Assembly: GCF_004010195.1 (NCBI RefSeq)
Contig: NC_057741.1
Location: 17,773,899 to 17,837,898, forward strand
Source of the DNA: Chiloscyllium plagiosum
Taxonomy: Eukaryota
Length of the DNA stretch: 64,000 bases
Direction of reading: 5' to 3'
Positions 11,156-22,574 of the stretch are shown here, piece after piece. The notes beneath the pieces are model-generated. The model did no database searches. It worked only from the letters and a program-made list of their open reading frames with translations, and was not told the origin of the DNA. Position 1 is the first letter of the stretch; every line of letters starts with the position of its first letter. A program made the translations under genes and the position numbers.

Positions 11156-12729
11156 GAATAAGTTTTTAAAAATGAACGGTGCAGTACATCTCCTTATTGC
11201 TTTGCAACTCAGAGTCTCCTGGATTCAACTGATAGCTCCAAGTAACATTGGGAAATCTGAATCCCTGGAAAAGCGACATGGTCCTTCAATTAGCCGAAAG
11301 TCATCTCCAAGGAGCTGAACAAAAGTTCAGTGGCAAATTTTTGATCTACCTACTCTGCATGCTTCTGGTGCATGCACAGCATACCTGCACTAGTTCCTTT
11401 CCAAAACACTGTATGCTATGCAAGGCATGGCAGAACTGGCTGGGGAGAGGTCATCCACCAATTTTGTGACTCTAGCTTTTGTGACAGATAACAATGATCT
11501 GGATAGAGCCCAATTTTACAGCCATTCTATCTTACTATTCCATAGTATAATCCTTGGCCCATTATGCTGTTTCTGAACAAACAAAATGAGTTTCAGAGAT
11601 CATCTTACGCTGGGTGGCTGAAGTTGAAATGCATCTTCCTCAGAAGACATTCCATGTCATAGTATGCGACATTATTATGGTTTTGGATTTCAGCAGTTCA
11701 GTTAAGGGGTTATTGTTCACAAATATGCTATTAAAGTGTCTTTTCACATCTGAGTCATGGTCCTTCATTCTTAATAAAGCTATCATTGAATGTTTGATAC
11801 AATGACTGATTATGTACGCCAACATTTTGTCAAACATTTGAGTTGAAAAATTAGTAATCTCAATTTGCAGAATCTCGCCAACGCATTTTCATCCATAGCT
11901 ACTGTCCAAATGCAACACAAGGAAATTTATCCTGAAGAAATGGACTCAAGCTGCCTTTTCTGATCTCCAGTTATAGCAGAAGTCCTGATTTTACAAAAAT
12001 CCCCAATGGAGAAACCCGAATTAAATTTTCCATGGTGCTTGTTGGTATTTCATTTTCTCACCTTTTGTTTCTGAAAGAATATTCTATGGAATGCAATTGT
12101 TTCTAGACTGTAGACTTTGTTAACGACTTATAGTAAAATTATAGGCATGGACACACCACACATCAGGAAATGGTGTAAGGAAAAAATATGAGAAATAGCC
12201 ACTGGAAAAAGTTTCAAATAAATTTCGACAATCTAGATGAAAAAACATGCAATTCTGCGCTTTGACGAGTACGGCCATAGCTATGGGTTCAGTTAAATAC
12301 AGAAAACAAAACTTTGACAAGTAACCACTGCTGATCAATTACAGGTGATTTTCATTTATTGTAAGATTGAATCATATACACATGTCAAGCTTGAGAGAAC
12401 TCTAAATTGATATTCTCAATAATTTCAAAACTGAATTAACAGATTTCTGATGGGCAAATTTACTAAGCGGTATGAAACCAAGGAGGGTAAATAGAGTTCT
12501 GATAATAATCAGCCACAATCTATTGAATGGAAAATTTGGTTTAATGCTGTTCCTATGATCTTTTAAATTTGTTCGTGAGGATTTGGGCATCGCTGACTAA
12601 GCTAGCTTTTATTATCCAGACGTAAATACCCATGAGAAGTGGCGGTAAGCCAGAACCCTTAGGGACATTTTGTGAACAAATAAAACAAGTTTGTGGTTTT
12701 TCCAGTTATTAGCAGAAAAGTAATAATTT

Positions 12730-13021
12730 TAGATTAGATTCCTCTACAGTGTGGAAACAGGCCCTTCAGCCTAACAAGTCACACCGACCTTCCAAAGAGC
12801 AAACCACCCTGACCCATTTCCCTCTGACTAATGCACCTAACTCTACAGGCAATTTATCATGGCCAATTCACCTAGACTGCACTTCTTTGGACTGCGGGAG
12901 GAAATCCACGCAGATACATGGAGAATGTACAAACTCCACACAGACAGTTGCCTGAGGCTGGAATCGAACCTGGGTCCCTAGCGCTGTGAGGCAGCAGTGC
13001 TAACCACTGAGCCACCATGCC
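12730..13021 (-). mobile_element. HE1-type V-SINE
   Basis: Minus-strand head GGCATGGTGGCTCAGTGGTTAGCACTGCTGCC, V-domain TGTGTGGAGTTTG, CR1-like tail. Confidence 0.85.
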
Positions 13022-13454
13022 TTTGTCCAATTCTAATATAATAGGACAATAATGCAAAAAGGACCAATCTGGAAATTCACATAAAATGTAGGGCTGTACG
13101 CAATTGTCACAAACTTGTCTTGTGAACATTTTGGCAAGGTTTGTGCATTTCTTTTTAAAACTAATCAATGTATTTTTTTTCTCTGCTGCGTGTAGCCTCA
13201 CCATTTCCCTGTAAGGGCTCCTTTTATTTTGCATGGCCAGGCACACAGTAACTTTAATCAGCCTGCACAGTATTTTTAGGGCTGCTTGGTGGTTGTGCAA
13301 GTAAACAGTTTACTGAGAAAATTGGACGTAATATTAATGGTCAGAATAACAGGCTAATATTCATTACTCATGGCTATATATAGGACATTGCCAATGCAAA
13401 ATGGCTGACACAATAATTTTGCATAACAATACCCAAACATCCCATGCCGGGAAC

Positions 13455-14765
13455 ACAGATAGTGCAGGAAGCCCTGTGGCTGTCTCTAATAGTTACAGCA
13501 TTTTGGATACTATTGGAAGAGATGACTTCTCACTGAATAGTAGTGGTAGTCAGGTCCATGACACCATGGGTAGTTCTGCTGTATGGATGCGGGGGGGGGG
13601 GGGGGGGTGGTGAAAGTGTGAGTGTACAAATGGATCTCAATGTCCTTGTATCCCAGTCAAATAAACAGGAAGATGCAATAAGTAATTAGGGAGTGTTACG
13701 AATTATGCCAGACCACTCAAAACATTCTGAAGCAGGTAGCCGAGACCATAACTTTGCAATTTGGTTTGTTAAGTGTACAGTGAGAATTAGCCATTTGAGT
13801 TAGCTAGGTTGACTACCAGGTTTTAAAACAGACAAAAATTTATTCACAAAATTATGGAATGAAACACAAACACAAAGGACAGAGTAAAGAACACCTCCAG
13901 AACTGAGTCTGTCCAAACTAGACTTAATTATGCTGTTCCAAATATACACAGCAGTCCCAAATAAACAAACCCTTTAAACAGAATAAAAATGAGACAAAAG
14001 CTTACAGGTCAAAGTTAGAGGGGCAGAAGGAGACAGAGTTTAGCAGCCTGTTTCCACACAGCTCCACAGGTGAACTGATCATAACTTAACTTCAGTTTCC
14101 AGGACTGGCCACTCCCCTTTCATTGTACAGGTCACTTCTAAACAATAAAAGCTTTGGCCTAAAGACTCATCTGTTAACGTATAGTCAAAGAGACCTCTTA
14201 ATACCCTTTTACCTCTGACCAAACCCAGTCGATTTGGAGCCAGGACTGTTTTACAACCCCTCTGAAAAAAAAATCAAGGACACATTTTCCTTGAGAAAAA
14301 GAACAGCTTTTAGAAAAAAAGATCAGCTTTATGACAGCAGGCAAATGGTATGTTGGCCTTCATTGCAAAAAGATTAGAGTTCAGATGTAATGATGCCTTA
14401 TTGCATGTATAAAAGGCCTTGGTGAGACTGTACCTGGAATACTGTGTGTAGTTTTGATCTCACTACCTAAGAAAGGGTATATTCACCATAGAAGGAGTGC
14501 AGTGAAGCTTCATAGGCTGATACCAGGGAAGGCAGATCTACTGTAGAAGGAGAAGTTGACTAATTTGCCATCACAGAAGCCCAGGTGACTGAATATATTC
14601 GAGAAAGGGACTGATCAGTTTTTCGATACTAAAGGCATCAATGGGTTGGATAGAAAATGGGAATATGGAGTCAAAATAGAAGATCAGCCATAATTGTATG
14701 GAACAGCAGAGCAGGCTGTAATGGTCTATTAAGCTGTTCCGGTTCCTAGTTTCTATGTTTCTATA
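13455..14765 (+). mobile_element. CR1 fragments (ORF1 5' piece and 3' ORF2/UTR), split by a solo LTR
   Basis: gtagtgcaggaagccctgtggc ORF1-type region; gcaaatggtatgttggccttcattgc...ctggaatactgtgtg ORF2 end; 3' UTR to ~14765. Confidence 0.6.
13694..14336 (-). mobile_element. Solo LTR inserted in CR1
   Basis: TGTTACG...TTATGACA termini; GGAG/GCAG near-TSD; CR1 sequence rejoins across it (gtaattagggag|gcaaatgg); minus-strand AATAAA ~13840. Confidence 0.6.
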
Positions 14766-14909
14766 TCAAAAGGAACGCATTGTTTGTGAAGTGTTATGAG
14801 ATGTTAGGCGAGATATTGACTACAGTGGTAATAAAAACTGAGAGAGATGTAAAGAAAACTGCTGACTCATTATCATTTGCATCACCCTATTAAACATGAA
14901 TCACGAATC

Positions 14910-15331
14910 ATGGCTCAATTGGTAGCATTCTTGCCTCTGAGACCGAGTTCCAGGCTGAAATCCAACTCCACCCAAAATAAAGGCTGACAACCTAGACAGA
15001 CAGTGCAAAAGGAGTCTGTACAGTTGAATGCACTTTCTTTCAGATAAAATGTTGAACCCAGGCCACCAACTGCCTTCTCAGGTGCATGCAAAATATTACA
15101 AAGCACAACTTTGAACAAAGCAAGAGAGTTCTCCTTGATTTCTGCCAATATTCATCCTTCGATTGACACCACAAAAATTTACCCATTGTTACTGTTTGTA
15201 AAAGCTGTTGTGCATACATTGGTTGCCATTATTCCTACTTTACAACAGTAACTACACTTTAAATGTATTTTGCTATTGGTTCGCACTTTGACATGCCTGG
15301 TCATTGTGAAAAATGCTATATAAATGCAAAG
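14910..15331 (+). mobile_element. Near full-length DeuSINE (SacSINE1/AmnSINE1-related)
   Basis: tRNA-like head TGGCTCAATTGGTAGCA.TCTTGCCTCTGAG; Deu-domain-like gagagttctcc..gccaatattcatcc; tail tacaacagtaactacactt...gctatataaatgcaa. Confidence 0.75.
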
Positions 15332-15396
15332 TGATATAAAAAGTAGTCATGGTGCAATTTAATGAAAATGGTTAAGGTATATGTACACTCTGGATA

Positions 15397-15562
15397 GAAG
15401 TTTGCTCACTGAGCTGGAAGGTTCGTTTTCAGACGTATTATCACCATACTAGGTAACACCATCAGTGAACCTCCGGTGAAGCACTGGCATTAATGATCCA
15501 CTTTCTATTTATGTGTTTATGTTTCCTTGGGTTGGTGACGTCATTTCCTGTGGTGATGTCAC
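15397..15562 (-). mobile_element. Penelope 3' terminal fragment with degenerate hammerhead
   Basis: Reverse complement homologous to 45010-45165; UUCA-CUGAUGG-U-GUUACC-loop-GGUGAU-AAU-ACGU-C-UGAA (core mutated). Confidence 0.75.
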
Positions 15563-15587
15563 ATGTATATGTACATATTTGTGTCTT

Positions 15588-16042
15588 CTGGAGTACAATG
15601 TGCAGTTCTGGTTGCGCTGTTATAGGAAAGATACTATTAAACTGGAGAGGGTTCAGAAAAGATTTGTCAGGATATTGCCTGCAATTGAGAGTTTGAGCTA
15701 TAAAAATAGGCTTATACTTTTTGACATGTGACCTTAGGGAAGTTTATAAAATCACCAAGTGGGGCTGTTCAAAGCTAGGGGCATATTATTATGGTGACAG
15801 GAGAAAGATTTAACAAGGACATGAAGGACAATTTTTTTTTACACAGTGTGATTATTGTGCGGAATGAACTGTCAGAGGACATGGTGGGTGCACATACAGT
15901 TATGATGTTTCAAAGACATTTAGATAAGTACATGAATAGGAAAGATTTGAATGGAGCAGGCAGGTGGGACTAGTTTAGTTTGGGAACATGGTCGACGTGG
16001 ACCAGTTGAACCCAAGGGTCTGACCCATGCTATATGACTCTA
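15588..16042 (+). mobile_element. CR1 3' fragment
   Basis: LEYNVQFW..YRKDTIKLERVQKRFVRILP; CR1 3' UTR. Confidence 0.75.
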
Positions 16043-16712
16043 GGATATTGAAATTATCCCATGGCGAAAATCTTTAATAAAGAATATATTTGCTTTACCT
16101 ATGGATAAAGGATTGGAGCTGCACCAATAAAAGTTCAGGATATTCAATAATATCAACTATCTATTCTGGGCATGTACCAATGTGAAAGATTACGTCAGTG
16201 AAATGTTCCCACTATTTAATATTCTTGGGGGTTACTTCCATTAATATATCTAAAAATAAACTTTGTTGAAATTTTGCAAGAGAAAGCCCAGTTTAACAAA
16301 ATTCATCCTTGTGGTGTAAGATCTTGCCATCCTACTGACAGCTGATTATTTCCAAGATGTCATTTTGGCACCAGATACAATAGTGTTCCACCTGTCCAGT
16401 TTGTAAACCCCCTACCCAGAGCACCAGGTACGCGGAACCTTACGGTATAGTTTTCATTTTATTCATCACTTTTCAAGCTTCAGTGCTGCAATAATTTTTG
16501 CACTGAAACTAATGTTTTCTTGATCCACTATTCCCATCTTTAAAGAAAAATAAAGGAAAATTCTTTTCTCAATGCTCTATGTGAATGCAAAATGCCTAGA
16601 ATAAGAAACAATGTACTAGCCCCATGTGCACATGGTTTTCAAACACATAGATTTCAGTCTGAAATCTATTGCATACATAAGTGAATCTTGCTGCTTCACA
16701 GCACCAGATAAA

Positions 16713-16844
16713 TACAGTGTGGAAACAGGCCCTTCGGCCCAACAAGTCCACACCGACCCTCTAAAGAGCAACCCACCCCCAGACCCATTTCCCTACATTT
16801 ACCCCTTCACCTAACACTACGGGCAATTTAGCATGGCCAATTCA
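16713..16844 (-). mobile_element. HE1-type SINE, 3' half
   Basis: acagtgtggaaacaggcccttcggccc...gggcaatttagcatggccaattca. Confidence 0.8.
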
Positions 16845-17150
16845 TGGTGGCACAGTGGTTAGCTCTGCTGTCTCACAGTGCCAGAGACCCGGGTTCAATT
16901 CCCACCTCAGACAACTGTCTGTGTGGAGTTTGCACATTCTCCCCGTATCTGCGTGAGTTTCCTCCGGGACCTCCGGTTTCCTCCCACAGTCCAAAGATGT
17001 GCAGCTTAGGTGAATTGGCCATGCTAAATTGCCCATAGCACTAGATGCATTAGTCAGAGGGAAATGGGTCTGGGTAGGTTACTCTTCGGAGGGTCGGTGT
17101 GGACTGGTTGGGCCGAAGGGCCTGTTTCCACACTGTAGGGAATCTAATCT
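16845..17150 (+). mobile_element. HE1-type SINE, near full length
   Basis: TGGTGGCACAGTGGTTAGC head, GGTTCAATTCC B-box, V domain, tail gggaatctaatct. Confidence 0.88.
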
Positions 17151-19061
17151 TATAAATTCAAGTCACCTTCAGGATTTGAATACATGATCCAGGATATCAT
17201 TACAATATAATATTGAGGGCGATCTGCATAGTTGTAAATACTTTCTTTTGGATGAGAAATGAAACAGAGAGTAGTTCTGCCCTCTCAATCAGATATAACA
17301 TATTCCAGCATGCTTACAGATGAGTGGCTGAGTTAGTCCAAAGGTCTGGTCAACAGTGATTCATCAAAAAAAAATTTGTTTTACTAGAACTTGTATTGCT
17401 TGATGTTGAAATAGACATAGAAAAGTAGAAATATTTTCATTATTCTGAATTAACACCTCTAACCTTGGTAAGTCCCACCCAAAAACAAACACAAAATAAT
17501 TAATTGATGAAACTTGGGAGGAAAATATTATATTTTTCACTGAGGTTTGGATTAATATCAACTGAAATTCATGATGCTATTCAACTAAAATCAAGAAACA
17601 AAGCTGATGGTGCAAATGGAAGAGTTTATTGAGTTCACCAGCTCGACAAATCCCCTTTGGTTACAAGGCAACCCTAAATACACAGCAAACTAATTGCTAA
17701 GGAAATGAAAAGGCAGAAAATAAAAAAGAAGTAACAAATTATACTATCAAAGTTAAGAAACAAAGGCAGCCTTGGATCAAAAGATTGCACTCTTATCTCT
17801 CGGGGAATTTATCCCAGGAGGTAGATTTGGATGTGTGCAGAGAGTAAATCTCCTAAAGTGACTATTGGTCAAGGATCCCACCCTCTTCTGGCTTTTATCC
17901 AGCTGTGCTTGAAGTGGTCAGGGAATGTCTGTACATTTGTCATAAAAGGCATTTAAATATTCTAAGAGACAATAAATTTTGGTTTAATTCATCAGGGTCA
18001 CCAAGGCAAGGGTACAGCAGGGAATATTCCTTTACTGAAACTGGCAAGCATGGAAGCCGTTGGTGAGTGAAAGTGAAGAGCTGTAGCATGGCTACTAGAG
18101 AGGCTACTGTTCACAGCACTTGTCAGTGCTAAACCAGTGGGACTGAATCTTAGCCAAATAAAAGTTAGTGTCAGTTGGGTAGAGCTTTTTGGTGGAATGT
18201 CCATGGCCTCTGGAGAGAAACAATTAGTTCTGCTAGAAGCCACTTCTTGGAGATTGGGGCTGTAGGCTAAAGGAGAGGGTACTGGCCATTTTGAAGGGGG
18301 CAACATTATTTGTAAGGGGGGGGGGTGTATACCATAAAACATGGATGGGAACAGGCGAATGTAGGAGATGGCTTGATCCAAAGTCTGGGGCAACTTGAGC
18401 AAAGTGCATGGCCACACCTGGCAACGTCACCTCATATACCAGGTGTTGGGGCTATGTATAGTGAGCAGCTACAAGCTCATGTGGACGGGAACCTGGGGAG
18501 ATGCCTTTGGGATTACGGGAAGGACGATCAAGAAGGGACGTGCTGAGGCTCATCTGGATGTTTGGAGCCTCACCAACATGTAGAGGTGGAGGTTGGAAGC
18601 CACTGGGTGAAAAGCTTTCACTGTTACCTTCCAACGTGTTAGAAATTGAAGATGCTGTGGCCACACCCAGAGTGGGCAGGATAAGTGTGAGGCATTGATG
18701 TGAGGCATTTCGAATAAAAGCACATTGCAACCAGAACAGTACTGTACAGCACACAGTCCTGCGGGGTGCCTAATCCTTGATGATCTTAACGCTGTGTCTC
18801 CTTTTGTATTGTACAGTTCCCTGTCCCAAACAATGACAAACACCTCATTCACACCAACATTTTTGCACACAGAGGCCAAGGAAAGAGTAGGGGTGTATGA
18901 TCATGAGGGGTAATGGCGTCAGCAAAACTTATTTTGTGAAGGCCATGTTCATCTTGTTTTCACGTGCTGCAGCAAGTTCTCAGTATAACCAGATCCCTGG
19001 TACATTCTACAGAGAGATGAAGTTCAATATCATGTTGGCACAGTTCAGGGCTACACATATA

Positions 19062-19265
19062 CAGGTATTTGTTCTATAACGCAATACTTGCATTCTTGTG
19101 CAACCCCGCATTATAGAAAAATTGCGCTTTAGAAACAGTGCTTGAAGCATTGGTGGTGTAATCACATTACAGCCAACACACATCTTAAAAGTTCGCGCTA
19201 TCGAAACAGTTGCCCCTTATTCATTAATCACATTAACAAAATTTGCATTATAGCAGAATGACCTG
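19062..19265. mobile_element. Tigger-like MITE
   Basis: TA|CAGGTATTTGTTCTATAAC ... TTATAGCAGAATGACCTG|TA; TIRs related to 3558-3729. Confidence 0.7.
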
Positions 19266-22200
19266 TACTCAAACAAATTGGATCAGTACAAAGACAAGTA
19301 AATTTATCCAAAAATGAATAATCCTGCAAATATCCCTCCCACCATGTCCAAGTCTTGTCCCGGGTTCTGCAGTTGGGGTGAATGAAACGTGCACAGCCAA
19401 AGAGTTTATTGGTTCAAGAGATTTATTTGTGTGACCTGGTGACACTTGTGTGTAGATAACCCAGACATTCTGAGGGTCATCTTGCCAGTGATTTGTGGAC
19501 TCTCCTCTGCTTCAATCTGCAAGGCTTGGAGGGGCTAGCCAGAGTGGAGATGGAGGACCCAGTCACCTTTAAAGAGTCATGAGAGAGGACTTCTGAGGGA
19601 CATGTATAGTTCATCCTTCAGCTGAGTACCTCTTGGCACTATCCTGTCATTTTGAGGAAATGTCAAGAGGACCAATAGCTGGGTGATCCAGTGAAACCTG
19701 GTTGATCCTGAGGGTACTGGTTGTAGTTCTCCATGGCAGCTGTCAAATTGTCCATGGAGGAGGCAAGGCAATTCTACACTTGGGGCAACTAGGTCTCCAA
19801 TTGTGTAGCTGCACTGTTGCAGCAATGAGAGCCATTGCCTGCTGTCTGCCACTCCTCTTCCTCTAAAGTGCATTTGTACAAAGTCCCCGAAACCCAACAC
19901 AGCAGGGTTCTCTCCTGAGCAGGTGGCTGGACCTTCGGAGGCCGGTAGCCTGGGGCATTTCGTCCTCAGCCAGTTACTGACCTAGTGAATTGCTTACCAG
20001 CTGGTACTTTCAAATCTTCTAAACATGACATTCCCACTGAGGTGTCAGTGTCTGAGCTGGTGGGGGGGTGTAGGAGGCAACCTTGCTGATGTTCCCCATG
20101 AGGCCTTCATACTCTTATCCTTAGAAGAATATCTGTCCCTGAGAGTAAAGTAGCCTTGCATAGCCTTTCACTAACTGTTGCCAGTACAATGCATGTTCTG
20201 TGCCTCCTGCAAGTGGATCGAAGAGAAGCCAGGAGGATCTGACAGGTTGGAGAATGCCGGATGTCAGTGTCTGTAGATGAGGCCTGTATGATGTGTCCAG
20301 ATTGTGCCCTGAGCAACATGCAGGTTCCTCGCAGACAGCAGCCAACTGAAGTCACCAGGCTCTTATTCCACATTGAGCTTTATTAGTGCCTAGTTTAAGA
20401 TCATTCAGCAAGATTGGATACTGAATATTAATGAGGTGAGTTGCACCATCAATAAGTGTTTAAAGATCAATAATCAACATTAATTGAGAAGACACCACTG
20501 CTCAGTGAGAAACTTGTCTTGCCACTGGGCAGATGAATAAAAGATGCAGAGCAAGTTGCTCCTGACATCAAGATAGGCCGCACTGGATTTCTGCACAATT
20601 CCCTCTACATCCTAGGTCATTCAGACTCCGATAAGATTCCAGTTCTGTTAGATCACTCCACTGGCCTTGTTCTTCATTCACCTGCAGTTACACTTCCTTG
20701 ATGTTAGCCTTCAGCATGGCACAGGAGCAGCTTATAACACTTCATCTCACACCTCTGATAAAAAGCAAGAGGTGCAACACCACTAAAACCAGGAAGAAAA
20801 CAACAGAATTTGCTGCTTTTTCATCAGCTATGGGCCACAGCACAGATGAGAGTGGTGGAATAGAGAGCTCATCCAAGGAGTCAAGGCGCCTATTCAGAAA
20901 CTAAACACAGAAGCAACTCTGTCAATTTGTATGCATACCAGAGCCTCAGGAGGCTCATGTGTGTTTCTGTATGTGCATGTCTAATAAACACTAACAAGAT
21001 TTGAATTGCCTGTCTAGGGCAATGACTATGAACATTTGAATTCTACACTGGATGTTTACAAGCACCTGCATCTCAGCATTCTATACAGGAGAATGCAGTT
21101 AGGTGGTGGAAAATATCCACTGGATGAAAGTCATTGTCACATTCCCGTGCTCCAATTTGTCATACTACTTTTCATTGTAAGCTTGTCAAAGTTGCCAACT
21201 TGCTCAAACTGGAATGCTCTAGATTTCTTGCCTTGTCTCCCTAATGAGAAAACAAGTTATACTGTTATTGGATGTTCTTTATGTTGAAAAATAAGCTGGG
21301 CATTTTATTTTTCTAACCTCATTATGGAAAATGCAAGTTACCCATTATTGTTGTGGATATCACCAGTTATTCTAGAATTTGCATGATTAGAGAAGTTCAG
21401 AGAATATTGTCCAAGCCAGATTGTTCCTGTTGCTATTCATTCTGCAGTGAAATCTACAGGAAGTAATAGAAAACAGGAAGCTAACATTATCGTATTCACC
21501 TTTGACATCTGCTTCAATTATCTATCAAACGTTCAATGAGGGAGATATCATTCCAGCAAACGATTCTTCCAAAACAATTCAATTAAAATGTAGATCTTGG
21601 AAGTACCCTATTGGACAATCCCTTCAATTATGCCTAGATTGTTCCGACTGGGATTCACTGCTGCTAATTCCTGACGGCTTGTAGGATCAGGGTAAGTGCC
21701 TACACTTGCAGATTGATGCAGGAGCCCATGAACAAAACTCAAAACTCTGCCTGTCTTGGAGGTTGCAATTTACAGCATTCTGTTCTGTCTGAGGGTCTGA
21801 GGCACACCACTGTTTCCCATCCTACCTCTGGGAAGAATAGTGACTCATACCTGGAGAAATATATTACATTATTAGATAGTGCATAATAATCCATCACACC
21901 TGGTCCCATCATTGCTACTGATATAACAGAACCCTTTGAAATCAGGATCATTTGCACTCTGCACCCAACCTACTGGTCTCACCTTCTACCATCACCACCA
22001 GAAACCATGTTCACTCCTGGCCTACGGTTACACTCCACTGCAAATTTCTTATTTTGGTCAAATCAGATCATCGGATATTTTACAACCACCTTAAAAAATA
22101 GGCCAAGCCTTGCTTTAACATTACATTCATTCATCGAGTCATCAAGGAACCTGCAATGAAATATGCAGCTGGATGAAAAAGTAACTGAAACACTGTTAAT

Positions 22201-22574
22201 AGAAAAATTCAGTAAGGACTGGTGCCGAAATTCCATGGGGCCTGCACTGATTTCTGCTTTTTCTGGCATTCCTATCTCACCCCTTGCCTTCTCAAAGCCC
22301 AAGTTTTAATTCCCTTAATTTTATTGCATTAAATTGCTGAACAACTAACATTGTGTACTGACCTCCATGCAAGCTAACATTATCAATTTTTCACTTTCCC
22401 CAGAAAGATGGTGACCGTCATCAAAAACCATATCAGTGCTTATAACTGATCACTTTAATTCCTACATCCCTTTCTCTTTCGGATCCTTGCTGTTGTCACC
22501 TCCCAAATTTATCTCATCTTTCCAGCAACATCAGATTTAAATCTCTCCATTACAGTTCATGTTCCTTACACAGC

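Noticed and set aside
13591-13607. Poly-G run as a G-quadruplex or regulatory element
   Set aside because: Simple homopolymer at the edge of a CR1 fragment; no further support
16845-16905. tRNA gene-like A/B boxes (also at other HE1 and SINE heads)
   Set aside because: They continue into SINE body and tail and do not form a full cloverleaf
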